Shown: in pieces, positions 20,097 through 28,918 of the stretch
How the letters are laid out: the number at the start of each line of letters is the position of its first letter
How positions within the stretch are numbered: position 1 is the stretch's first letter
Source: Burkholderiales bacterium
Lineage (GTDB): Bacteria > Pseudomonadota > Gammaproteobacteria > Burkholderiales > SG8-39
Assembly: GCA_036560705.1 (NCBI GenBank)
Contig: DATBQR010000010.1
Coordinates: 13,563 to 77,562 of the forward strand
Reading direction: 5' to 3'
Length of the DNA: 64,000 bases
Made by a program: the position numbers and the translations under genes
Notes under the pieces: model-generated
The model's database searches: none
Told to the model about the DNA's origin: nothing
What the model saw: the letters and a program-made list of their open reading frames with translations, nothing else

Positions 20097-21074
20097 TCAG
20101 TCCGCGTAAACCCCGGTCTTGCGGATGATCGGCGTCCACTTGTCGATCTGGGACTTGAGCAGCGCGCGCAGGGATTCAGGCGTCGCCTTGGCGACCGGCA
20201 CCGGTTCGGCGCCGAGCTCGGCGAGCCGCTTGCCAAACGCGGGGCTCTGCACGGCGGCCTGCAGCGCGGCGACCAGTTTGTCGAGCGCCGCCTTTGGCGT
20301 GCCTTTCGGCGCGTAAAGCCCGTTCCAGACGACGAGATCGAAGCCGCTCAACCCCTGCTCGCCCAGCGTCGGAACGTCCGGCAGCGACGACAGGCGCGCG
20401 GCCGTCGTCACGCCGTAGACCTTCACGGCGCCCGAGCGGATCTGCGGCACGGTGCCGGTGGTCTGGTCGCACATGAAATCGACCTGGCCGCCGACCAGGT
20501 CGTTCATCGCCGGCCCGGTGCCCTTGTACGGCACCATCGTGAAGTCGGTCTGGATCGTGCTCATGAACAGCAGCCCGCACAGGAAGGAAGCCGAGCCGAC
20601 GCCGGCATTGGCGTAGGTGAGCTTGTCCTTGTTGGCCTTCGCGTAAGCCAGGAACTCGCCGAAATTGGCCGACGGCGTCGCTTTCTTCGCCACCAGCGTC
20701 ATCGGCACGTCGGCGACCTGGCCGATGTACTCGAAGTCGTTCAGCGTGTCGTACGGCAGCTTGTGGTACAGCGCCGGCGAAGTCGCCATGCCGATGTGGT
20801 ACAGCAGCAGCGTATAGCCGTCGGCCTTCGCCTTGGCCACCCTGTTGATGCCGATGGTTCCTCCCGCGCCGCCCATGTTTTCGATGAGCAACTGCTGCTT
20901 CAGCGTGTCGGCCATCGACGCCGCAAGGACGCGCGTCAGCGTGTCCGTGGGGCCGCCCGCCGCCGCCGGCACGAGAATGACGACCGGCTTGGTCGGGTAA
21001 TCCTGCGCCGGCGCCGCCGGCGCCAGCAGCGACAGGAACGACGCGATCGCGAAAACAACTCTTGGTCGATTCAT
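20097..21074 (-). CDS. Bug/TctC-family substrate-binding protein
   Basis: 325 aa from ATG 21074 (track ORF trimmed). Signal peptide, then QDYPTKPVVILVPAAAGGPTD. Confidence 0.9.
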   Translation of the reverse strand: MNRPRVVFAIASFLSLLAPAAPAQDYPTKPVVILVPAAAGGPTDTLTRVLAASMADTLKQQLLIENMGGAGGTIGINRVAKAKADGYTLLLYHIGMATSPALYHKLPYDTLNDFEYIGQVADVPMTLVAKKATPSANFGEFLAYAKANKDKLTYANAGVGSASFLCGLLFMSTIQTDFTMVPYKGTGPAMNDLVGGQVDFMCDQTTGTVPQIRSGAVKVYGVTTAARLSSLPDVPTLGEQGLSGFDLVVWNGLYAPKGTPKAALDKLVAALQAAVQSPAFGKRLAELGAEPVPVAKATPESLRALLKSQIDKWTPIIRKTGVYAD

Positions 21075-21088
21075 CTTGCGCTCCCCAG

Positions 21089-21568
21089 TCAGTAGGCCGA
21101 ACCATCCTTGCGGGTGAATTGCCATTTGCCCTCCACTATTCTGGCCTTGAGATCGTCGTCCGGGTACGTGCCCCTGTCGCCGGGCGCGCGGTCGCCGACT
21201 TCGAGGTAGACGACGTCCTCGGACGTCTCGTTGATCAAGTGATGGCCGTTGCCGGTCCCCGCCTTGAATCCCGCGCACATGCCCGGCGACAGCCGGGTCC
21301 TGCCTTCGTCGGTCTGCAGCGTGGGACTCCCCTGCAGGACATAGATGAATTCGTCCTGCCTGGAATGCGCGTGCCGCAGCGCGGAGACGGCGTTTGGCGC
21401 CAGGCGGGTGAGATTGACGCCGAAGTTCGCGAGGCCGAACAAGTCTCCGAGCGGGCGCTTCTCGCGACCCTGCATGCGCGAGGCGAACGGCTCGGGATAG
21501 TTCGACGGCTTCGTGCGCGGCGGCGCGTCGGCCGCGCGGATGGCGATCGGGTTCTGTTTGTCCGGCAT
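21089..21568 (-). CDS. cupin domain protein
   Basis: 159 aa from ATG 21568, the tail of track ORF 21089..23392. HAHSRQDEFIYVLQG....G and GNGHHL cupin motifs. Confidence 0.75.
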   Translation of the reverse strand: MPDKQNPIAIRAADAPPRTKPSNYPEPFASRMQGREKRPLGDLFGLANFGVNLTRLAPNAVSALRHAHSRQDEFIYVLQGSPTLQTDEGRTRLSPGMCAGFKAGTGNGHHLINETSEDVVYLEVGDRAPGDRGTYPDDDLKARIVEGKWQFTRKDGSAY

Positions 21569-21637
21569 GAGCGAATCAGATTGTATTGGGCGGATGCCCA
21601 CGCGTAAACTTGCCGCCTGATACCGGAGGAGAAATAC

Positions 21638-22660
21638 ATGTTCGAGACGACGATTGCGGGCAGCCTGCCGAAGCCGGGCTGGCTGGCGGAGACCAACAAG
21701 CTCTGGCCGGCCTGGAAGGCGGAGGGCGCGGAACTGGAGAAGACCAAGCGCGACGCGACGCTGCTCTGGCTGAAGGAGCAGGAGGACGCCGGCATCGACA
21801 TCGTCACCGACGGCGAGCAGTCGCGTCAGCATTTCGTGCACGGCTTCCTCGAGTACTGCGAGGGCATCGACTTCGAGCACAAGGTGAAGATGGGCATCCG
21901 CAACAACCGCTACGACGCGATGGTGCCGGTCGTCGTCGGACCGCTGAAGCTCAAGGGCCGCGTGCACCAGACCGAAGCCAGGGTGATGCGCCAGCACTCC
22001 AAAGGCAAGATCAAGATCACCATGCCGGGACCGATGACGATCGTCGACACCATCGCCGACCGGCACTACGGCGACAAGGTGAAGCTGGCGATGGCCTTCG
22101 CCGACCTGCTCAACCAGGAGGCGCGCGCGCTGGAGAAGGACGGCGTGGACGTGATCCAGTTCGACGAGCCGGCGTTCAACGTCTACATGGGCGACGTGAC
22201 GAAATGGGGCGTCGCCGCGCTGCATCGCGCGATCAAGGGCCTGAAGAAGGCGAAGACGGCGGTGCACATCTGCTACGGCTACGGCATCAAGGCGAACGTC
22301 GACTGGAAGGAAACCCTCGGCGGCGAGTGGCGCCAGTACGAGCAGATCTTCCCGGCGCTGGCGAAAAGCAAAATCGACCAGGTGTCGCTCGAGTGCATAC
22401 ACTCGCACGTGCCGCCCGAGCTGATGAAGCTGCTCAAGGGCAAGGACGTGCTGGTGGGCGTCATCGACGTGGCCTCGGACAGGATTGAAACGCCGGAAGA
22501 GGTTGCGAGGACCATCGGCCAGGCGCTCAAGTACGTGCCGAAGAAGCACCTGTTTCCCTGCACCAACTGCGGCATGGCGCCGATGGCGCGCGAGATCGCG
22601 GTGGCGAAGCTGAAGGCGCTCGCCGCGGGCGCGGCGCTGGCGCGCAAGCGCTTTCGCTAG
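21638..22660 (+). CDS. half-size cobalamin-independent methionine synthase (MetE C-terminal barrel)-like Zn alkyltransferase
   Basis: 340 aa. TDGEQSR, IQFDEP, HICYGYG (HxC), SLECIH (Glu) and TNCGM (Cys), i.e. the MetE Zn ligands. Lacks the N-terminal MetE barrel. Confidence 0.8.
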   Translation: MFETTIAGSLPKPGWLAETNKLWPAWKAEGAELEKTKRDATLLWLKEQEDAGIDIVTDGEQSRQHFVHGFLEYCEGIDFEHKVKMGIRNNRYDAMVPVVVGPLKLKGRVHQTEARVMRQHSKGKIKITMPGPMTIVDTIADRHYGDKVKLAMAFADLLNQEARALEKDGVDVIQFDEPAFNVYMGDVTKWGVAALHRAIKGLKKAKTAVHICYGYGIKANVDWKETLGGEWRQYEQIFPALAKSKIDQVSLECIHSHVPPELMKLLKGKDVLVGVIDVASDRIETPEEVARTIGQALKYVPKKHLFPCTNCGMAPMAREIAVAKLKALAAGAALARKRFR

Positions 22661-23697
22661 CGCCGCAGGAATTCCAGCAGCAGCCGGCTCACTTCCGCGG
22701 GCTGCTCCTGCTGCACCCAGTGCCCGGCGCCGCCGACGAAATGGATGCCCGACAGCCGCGTGCAGGCGCCGCGCATCTTCTCCAGGTCGCCTGGCCGCTG
22801 GTAAGGGCCCCAGTCGCTCGCGCCCGCGATGAAGCAGGACGGCACGTCGATCGTGCGGCCGCAAAGTTCGGCACGTTTCGCCAGCTCGGCATTCTGCCGG
22901 CCTTCGGTCCGGCAGCGGTACCACTGCAGGCCGCCCTGGAAGCCGGTCCGTTCGAATTCGGCGCTGTATACCCCGAGTTCGTCTTCGGAGAGCCACGTGC
23001 ACGCGGCGATTTCCAGCGCGGACGGCATCTCGGGTGCCACGGTCTCCGCCATTCCCTTCGCCAGGTCCATGACGTAGTACGCCGGCAGCTTTGCCATTTC
23101 CGCGGCGACCCAGGCCTTCAGCGGAGATGGCCTGTTGCGCTCCCAGTCCGCGCTCTTGTAGTGATAGTAGGCGCGCAGGAAGGCATGTAAGCCCTGCGGG
23201 CAGCGGCGCATGTTTGCGTCGGCTTCGCGCGTCGAGTAGTACCACTGGTAGTGCTTGCGCGGCCGCTCGAGCGCGGCGAGCTCGGCGTGGATCGGATCGG
23301 CGGCGCCCGAAGGCGGCGCCGGCGGCCCGGCGAACGGGGCGCTCATCAGCGCCACCGAACGGAACACTTCCGGCCGAGTCAGCGCGCACCACGCGGCGAC
23401 GGGGGAACCGAAGTCGTGCCCCACGACCGCGGCGGAGCGATGGCCGAGCGCCGAGACGAGCGCCAGCGTGTCCTGCACCAGGTTGAGCAGGCGGAAGGAA
23501 GCGAGGTCGCCGTCGTAGCTGCCGTCCCAGCCGGTGGTGCGCCCGTAGCCGCGCTGGTCGGGCGCCACCACGTGGAATCCGGCCGCCGCCAGCGGCAGCA
23601 TCAGCTTGCGCCAGCTGTAGGCGAGTTCGGGAAAACCGTGCAGCAGCAGAACCAGTGGACGGGACGACCCTTCGTAACCGGCCTCCAGCAGGTGCAT
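22657..23697 (-). CDS. alpha/beta hydrolase, epoxide-hydrolase-like
   Basis: 346 aa from the first ATG (23697), the tail of track ORF 22657..25476. LLLHGFPELAYSW and VVGHDFGS (Asp nucleophile elbow). The conserved N-terminal strand (TAEGVNGLA) lies upstream of this ATG, so the true start may be CTG 23769. Confidence 0.8.
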   Translation of the reverse strand: MHLLEAGYEGSSRPLVLLLHGFPELAYSWRKLMLPLAAAGFHVVAPDQRGYGRTTGWDGSYDGDLASFRLLNLVQDTLALVSALGHRSAAVVGHDFGSPVAAWCALTRPEVFRSVALMSAPFAGPPAPPSGAADPIHAELAALERPRKHYQWYYSTREADANMRRCPQGLHAFLRAYYHYKSADWERNRPSPLKAWVAAEMAKLPAYYVMDLAKGMAETVAPEMPSALEIAACTWLSEDELGVYSAEFERTGFQGGLQWYRCRTEGRQNAELAKRAELCGRTIDVPSCFIAGASDWGPYQRPGDLEKMRGACTRLSGIHFVGGAGHWVQQEQPAEVSRLLLEFLRR

Positions 23698-23765
23698 CGC
23701 CAGGCCGTTGACGCCCTCCGCCGTGCGGGAGCGGATGCCGGCGGGCAGCGGAAGATCCGCGAGAC

Positions 23766-24524
23766 TCAGTCGGCGTAGCCCGGCAGTTCGCGGTCGAGGA
23801 TGCGCATCATCGCCTCGAAGAACAGGCGGTCGCGCTCGCCGCGCGAATGGCGGTCGTCCGCCGCCGGCGCCTGCACCTGCGCGACGATGGCCTCCGACAA
23901 CACTTCCAGCGGCTTGCCGGTGCTCATCGCCAGCACCTGCGCGCGGCACACGCGCTCCAGCTTGTAGAGGCGCCGGTAGGCCTGCGCCATCGTCTCTCCC
24001 GTCACCAGCACGCCGTGGTTCTTCATGAAGATGGTGTGATTGCCGCCGAGGACGCCGGCGAGGCGCTCGCCCTCGTCCAGCGTATCCGCGGTTCCCATGT
24101 AGGTGTCGTCGTAGGCGACGTGGCCGTGGTAGAAGGCCGCGGTCTGGCTCGCGGGGAGGATGCGGTTGTCCTTCAGCATGTTCAGCGCCACCGCCCAGGT
24201 CTGGTGGGTATGCAGCACCACGCGCGCGCCGCTGATGCGGTGGATCGGCGCATGGATGCACTGCGCCGACAGCTCGACCACGCCTTCTCCCTCCAACGTT
24301 CGGCCGGATTCGTCGAACACGATCAGGTCGCTCGCGCGCGCTTCCGACCAGTGCAGGCCGAAGGGCAGGATCAGGTACTGGCCGTCGCGCCCCGGCACCG
24401 TGACCGTGAAATGGTTGTCGATGCCTTCTTCCAGCTCGTGAAACACCGCGAGGCGATGGGCGGCGGCAAGATGGATTTTCGCCTGGACTACGGGGTCGGC
24501 TGCGCGCAGCGGGTGGACGGACAT
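23766..24524 (-). CDS. class II aldolase/adducin family protein
   Basis: 252 aa. IHAPIH......VLHTH and FMKNHGVLV blocks. Confidence 0.85.
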   Translation of the reverse strand: MSVHPLRAADPVVQAKIHLAAAHRLAVFHELEEGIDNHFTVTVPGRDGQYLILPFGLHWSEARASDLIVFDESGRTLEGEGVVELSAQCIHAPIHRISGARVVLHTHQTWAVALNMLKDNRILPASQTAAFYHGHVAYDDTYMGTADTLDEGERLAGVLGGNHTIFMKNHGVLVTGETMAQAYRRLYKLERVCRAQVLAMSTGKPLEVLSEAIVAQVQAPAADDRHSRGERDRLFFEAMMRILDRELPGYAD

Positions 24525-24539
24525 GGGGAGCCTTTCGAA

Positions 24540-25778
24540 TCAACCGTTCGCGCGCAGTATAGCGAGCCGCTCGCGGCGGAAGTGGACCACCGCGAGAACC
24601 AGTGACGCAGCCTGCAGCGCGGCGCAGAAGAAGAACGGCGCGCCGATGCGCCAGTCGCCCTTGGGCAGGCCGGACACCATCGTCAGGATGGGCGCGCCCA
24701 GCACCGGGGCGATCACCGCCGTCAGGCTGTTCAGCCCGCCCACCGCGCCCAGCGCCTGCCCTTGGCTGCGCGGATCCGCGGCGCTGGAAATGATGCTCTG
24801 GATGGAGGCCGTCACCGTGGCGCCGAGCAGGTTGATGAAGATGATGGCGAACATCATCCAGCCCTCGCTGGCGGCGCCCCACAGCAGGTAGGCGAGCGTG
24901 GACGAGGTGAGCCCGAGCACGGCCAGCCGTTTCGGGCTGAAGAACCGGAGCAGGCGCCCGAGCAGCAGGCCCTGCACGATCGCCGAGACGACGCCGACGG
25001 CGGCAAGCGACCAGCCGTTTTCCCGGGGCCCCCAGCCGAACTTGAAGGTCGTGTACAGCACCCAGCAGGTGTACAGCACGAACTGGGCGAGCCCGCTGCA
25101 GGCGATCACCGCCACCAGCAGGCCCGCGCCCTTCAGTTGCGCCAGGCCGCGCAGCGAGGAAACCGGATTGGCGGACTTCCACGTGAACGCGCGCCGGCGC
25201 TCGGCAGGCAGCGACTCCGGCAGCACGAAGTACCCGTTGGCCAGGTTCAGCAGCGCGAGGCTGCCGGCGACGAAGAACGGCAGCTGCAGGCTGATCGAGC
25301 CCAGCAGCCCGCCCATCACCGGCCCGAGGATGAAGCCGATGCCGAACATCGCACCCAGCATGCCGAAGCGCCTGGCGCGGCCCTCGGGCGCCGTGATGTC
25401 GGCGACGTAGGCGTTGGACACCGACATGTTGGCCTGCATCGCGCCGCTCACCAGGCGCACCGCGATCAGCATCCACAGCGCGGTCGACAGCGCGGTGAGG
25501 AAAAAGCTCAGCGCGAGCCCGCAGAAGCCGAGCAGCAGCACCGGGCGGCGGCCGTAGCAGTCCGACAGCGAACCGAGGATCGGCGAGGCGAAGAAATTGG
25601 CGAAGCCGAAGGAGAACGTCACCACGCCGTACCAGAAGGCCTGGCCGGCCTGCGAGCCGGTGAAACTGCCGACCAGCGCGGGCAGGACAGGAATGATCAG
25701 GCCGATCGACACCATGTCGATCAGCGTCGTGGCCATGATGAACGGCATTGCTGCCGCGCGGTCGCTGCGCAAAATCAT
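24540..25778 (-). CDS. MFS transporter (TCR/Tet-like drug:H+ antiporter family)
   Basis: 412 aa with about 12 hydrophobic segments. GSLSDCYGRRPVLL motif A. The start could alternatively be the internal ATG 25748. Confidence 0.85.
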   Translation of the reverse strand: MILRSDRAAAMPFIMATTLIDMVSIGLIIPVLPALVGSFTGSQAGQAFWYGVVTFSFGFANFFASPILGSLSDCYGRRPVLLLGFCGLALSFFLTALSTALWMLIAVRLVSGAMQANMSVSNAYVADITAPEGRARRFGMLGAMFGIGFILGPVMGGLLGSISLQLPFFVAGSLALLNLANGYFVLPESLPAERRRAFTWKSANPVSSLRGLAQLKGAGLLVAVIACSGLAQFVLYTCWVLYTTFKFGWGPRENGWSLAAVGVVSAIVQGLLLGRLLRFFSPKRLAVLGLTSSTLAYLLWGAASEGWMMFAIIFINLLGATVTASIQSIISSAADPRSQGQALGAVGGLNSLTAVIAPVLGAPILTMVSGLPKGDWRIGAPFFFCAALQAASLVLAVVHFRRERLAILRANG

Positions 25779-25816
25779 GCCGAAAGGTACCAGAGGCGAG
25801 GTTCGGTTCGGAGCAG

Positions 25817-26614
25817 TCAGGACGCGGCCAGCTGCCGCGGCCGGTAGATGGCGGTGTGCCGCACCTGCGCCACCGGCCGCGCGCCCCCGCTCAGCACCAG
25901 GATGTCGAGCTCCACGAACAGGTGCCCCTTGCGCTCATAGTTTTCGGCCACGCGCGGGCGCGCCGCCAGTGTTTCGCCGACGCGCGCAACGCCGAAGTTC
26001 TGCACGGCGCTGCCGACGTGGATCCACGGCCCCAGCAGCACGTTCCGCAGCAGCGCAAGATTGCACATTCTCAGCACGGTACCCGGATGCACGAGACCCT
26101 CGCGCGCGTACAACGGATCGGTTTCTCGCACGTCCCGCAGATAGGCGGCGACAAGCTCGGTGTTTGCTTCCAGCGTAAATGTACCCAGGCATCCGCCAAC
26201 CGGCAGCGTCGCCGGACTCGCGGCGGGACGGTTCTCCAGCGCCGGCAAATCAGCAAGCGGGAAACGGTCCGACGCGGGCGCAATCGCAGCCTCCAGCGGC
26301 AAGCGCGCCGAGGCCGTCGCGCAGCACCTGCCCCGGGATGCGGCCTCGATGGTGATCGCCTCGCCGTCTTCGCGCCCGGTGACCTCCACCATCTCCCCGT
26401 CGTACACCGGATTGGCGAACCGGCATTCGGCCGTTCCGCGCTCGAGGAAGGCGCGGCCCCAGCGCTCCACCGGCAGGTGCATCATGTACGCGTACACGTC
26501 GACTCCGGGCACCAGCGCGCCGGAAAACCCCAGGCGCCGTGCCACCGCGTCGTCGTGAATCTTGTTCTCCGAACTGTGGGCGGTGTTGTAGGCCTGGACG
26601 CGGTATGGATTCAT
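25817..26614 (-). CDS. double hot-dog fold (MaoC-like) protein
   Basis: 265 aa from ATG 26614, preceded by GGGAGAGGGAG RBS. N-terminal NKIHDDAVARRLGF and C-terminal GLVHPG.. segments resemble MaoC dehydratase halves. Confidence 0.65.
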   Translation of the reverse strand: MNPYRVQAYNTAHSSENKIHDDAVARRLGFSGALVPGVDVYAYMMHLPVERWGRAFLERGTAECRFANPVYDGEMVEVTGREDGEAITIEAASRGRCCATASARLPLEAAIAPASDRFPLADLPALENRPAASPATLPVGGCLGTFTLEANTELVAAYLRDVRETDPLYAREGLVHPGTVLRMCNLALLRNVLLGPWIHVGSAVQNFGVARVGETLAARPRVAENYERKGHLFVELDILVLSGGARPVAQVRHTAIYRPRQLAAS

Positions 26615-26645
26615 GGTCTCCCTCTCCCGTCGGTGCACGCGTGCA

Positions 26646-27977
26646 TCAGAACGCCTCGCGGCTGATCCGCAGGAAGTACAGCACGATCAGCACGCTGCCG
26701 GTCAGCACGCCGGCGGTGCCGGCGATCCAGAAGCCCGGCGCGCCCATATGCGTGGACGGTCCGAGGGCCAGCACGTAGCCGCCGCCCAGGCCGATGCCCC
26801 ACAGCGCGACGATATTGCACAGCATCGGCACCACGGTCTTCTTGTAGCCGCGCAGCACGCTTACCGCGATCGCCGACGTGGCATCGAACAGGTGATAGCC
26901 GGCAAGGTAGGCGAGCAGGGTGACGGCGACCGCCTTGACGTCGGCATCATGCGTATACAGTCCGGCGATCCAGCCGCGGCCCAGCCACACCGCGAGGCCG
27001 ACAGCGCAGGCGCAGGCCATTCCGCTGCCGATGCCGACGATCCCGGTAAGGCGCGCTCGCCGCAGGTCGCCAGCGCCGATCGCCTGCCCGGTCAGCACGC
27101 CCGAGGCGCTCGCCAGCGCGAGCGGAATCATGTAGATGAGCGAGGTCAGGTTGGCGGCGATCTGGTGGCCGCCGGAGCTGGCGACGCCCAGCCGCGCGAT
27201 GAACAGCGCCATGAAGGTGAACGAGGTGACGTCGACCAGGAAATTGAAGCCGATCGGCAGGCCGATCTGCGCGAGGCGCAGCTGCTCGCTCCAGCGCGGC
27301 CAGGACCAGCGCGCGAACAGGCCGAACGGCCGGTAGCCGCGGTCGAAAAAGCACACCAGCCAGGCGGCCGTCGCGAGGAGCCACGAGATGATCGAGGTCG
27401 CCACCGCGCAGCCGGGGCCGCCCATGGCCGGCACGCCCAGCCAGCCATGCATGAAGACGAGGTTGAGCGGGATCTTCAGCGCGAGGCCGGTCAGGTTCAG
27501 CAGCATGATCACGCGCGGCCTCGATACCGCCGTGGTGAACGAGTAGAACACGCGGAACATCAGCGCCGCCGGGATGCCGTAGGCGATGGCGTGCAGGTAG
27601 CTGCGCGTCTTCAGTTCGACCTCCGGGACGACCTGCGCCAGGGCGAGGAAGGGATCGGGGAAATAGATCAGCACGAAGGCCACTGCCGTCAGCAGCACCC
27701 CCATCCACAGGCTCTGGCGCACCTCCTCGCCGATTTCCTCCAGCCTGCCGGCGCCGTAGAGCTGCGCCACCACGGGCGTGAGCGCGAGCAGCACGCCCAT
27801 CGAGGTGATGAAGATGCTGATGTAGATGCTCGCGCCGATGCCCACCGCCGAGAGGTCGGCGGCGCCCAGGCGCCCCGCCATCACCGTGTCGATGACGCCG
27901 TTGATCATCACCGCGACCTGGGCGACGAGCACCGGCCAGCCGAGCCTGGCGATGTCGCGAAGAATGGAGCCGAACAT
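26646..27977 (-). CDS. MATE family efflux transporter
   Basis: 443 aa, 12 TM-like segments. N-terminal LGWPVLVAQVAVMINGVIDTVMAGRLG is typical of NorM-type MATE. Confidence 0.88.
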   Translation of the reverse strand: MFGSILRDIARLGWPVLVAQVAVMINGVIDTVMAGRLGAADLSAVGIGASIYISIFITSMGVLLALTPVVAQLYGAGRLEEIGEEVRQSLWMGVLLTAVAFVLIYFPDPFLALAQVVPEVELKTRSYLHAIAYGIPAALMFRVFYSFTTAVSRPRVIMLLNLTGLALKIPLNLVFMHGWLGVPAMGGPGCAVATSIISWLLATAAWLVCFFDRGYRPFGLFARWSWPRWSEQLRLAQIGLPIGFNFLVDVTSFTFMALFIARLGVASSGGHQIAANLTSLIYMIPLALASASGVLTGQAIGAGDLRRARLTGIVGIGSGMACACAVGLAVWLGRGWIAGLYTHDADVKAVAVTLLAYLAGYHLFDATSAIAVSVLRGYKKTVVPMLCNIVALWGIGLGGGYVLALGPSTHMGAPGFWIAGTAGVLTGSVLIVLYFLRISREAF

Positions 27978-27989
27978 GGGGTGCGGATG

Positions 27990-28871
27990 CTACCCCAGCG
28001 CAAGCGCCATCACACCGGCGGCGATGCAGGCCGCGCCGGCGATGCGCAGCAAGCGGTCGCCCTCGCCGAGCAGCTGGCCGCCGATCAGCGCGGCGAACAG
28101 CATCGACACTTCGCGCGCCGGCGCCACGTGCGACAGCGGCGCCGTCTGCATCGCGTAGAGCACCAGCACATAGCCGATCGGGCTGATCCCCGCCACCACC
28201 AGCGCGTACTTCCACTGCCGGCGCCAGAGGTCCGCCAGCGCCGCCCGCTCGCGCAACGCGGCAGGCGCGAGGAAGCCGATGCGCACGAAGGTGGAAAAGT
28301 AATCGAGCAGGATCGGCGACATCGCCAGCAGCTTGACCGCGTAGCCGTCCACCACCGTGTAGCTGGCGATGAACACGCCCGTCGCCAGGCCGTAGGCCAT
28401 GCCCTTGCGGACCATCGCCTTCTTCGCCGGATCGTGGGCCGCGCGGAACAGCGCCGGGCCGCCGGCGATGAGGAACACGCCCGCGACCACGGCGGCGATG
28501 CCCGCCAGCCCGAACGCGGTGATGCGCTCGCCGAGCAGTAGGATCGCCACGGCCGAGGACAGCAGCGGCCCGGAGCCGCGCGCCATCGGGTACACCACGG
28601 TCAGGTCCGACTTGCGGTAGCCGCGCAGCAGCGTGACGTAATAGAGCACGTGCAGCACGCCGCTGACGGCGACGAACCCCCACTCGAGGGCGCCCCAGCC
28701 CGGCACCACGCCCCAGCTGAACCAGATGCCGACCGGCGCCCAGATGACGATGCCGATCACGCTGGTGAATGCCGCGAAGCGCGCATCGCCGCCGGCCTTC
28801 TTGGCGGCGATGTTCCAGACGGCGTGGATCAGCCCGGCAAAGACGACCAACGCGAGTGCCGAGGCGGACAT
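27990..28871 (-). CDS. EamA/DMT family transporter
   Basis: 293 aa from ATG 28871 (track ORF trimmed). About ten hydrophobic segments in a duplicated EamA-like pattern. Confidence 0.8.
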   Translation of the reverse strand: MSASALALVVFAGLIHAVWNIAAKKAGGDARFAAFTSVIGIVIWAPVGIWFSWGVVPGWGALEWGFVAVSGVLHVLYYVTLLRGYRKSDLTVVYPMARGSGPLLSSAVAILLLGERITAFGLAGIAAVVAGVFLIAGGPALFRAAHDPAKKAMVRKGMAYGLATGVFIASYTVVDGYAVKLLAMSPILLDYFSTFVRIGFLAPAALRERAALADLWRRQWKYALVVAGISPIGYVLVLYAMQTAPLSHVAPAREVSMLFAALIGGQLLGEGDRLLRIAGAACIAAGVMALALG

Positions 28872-28918
28872 GGCGCAAGGTAGCAGAGCAGGAAATCCAT
28901 CGGCTAGACTTGGGACAC

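Noticed and set aside
21569-21637. Possible cobalamin/SAM riboswitch or T-box-like leader upstream of the MetE-like genes (also 33918-33934).
   Set aside because: The leaders are only 69 and 17 nt, too short for these riboswitch classes. No conserved riboswitch core sequences were recognised.
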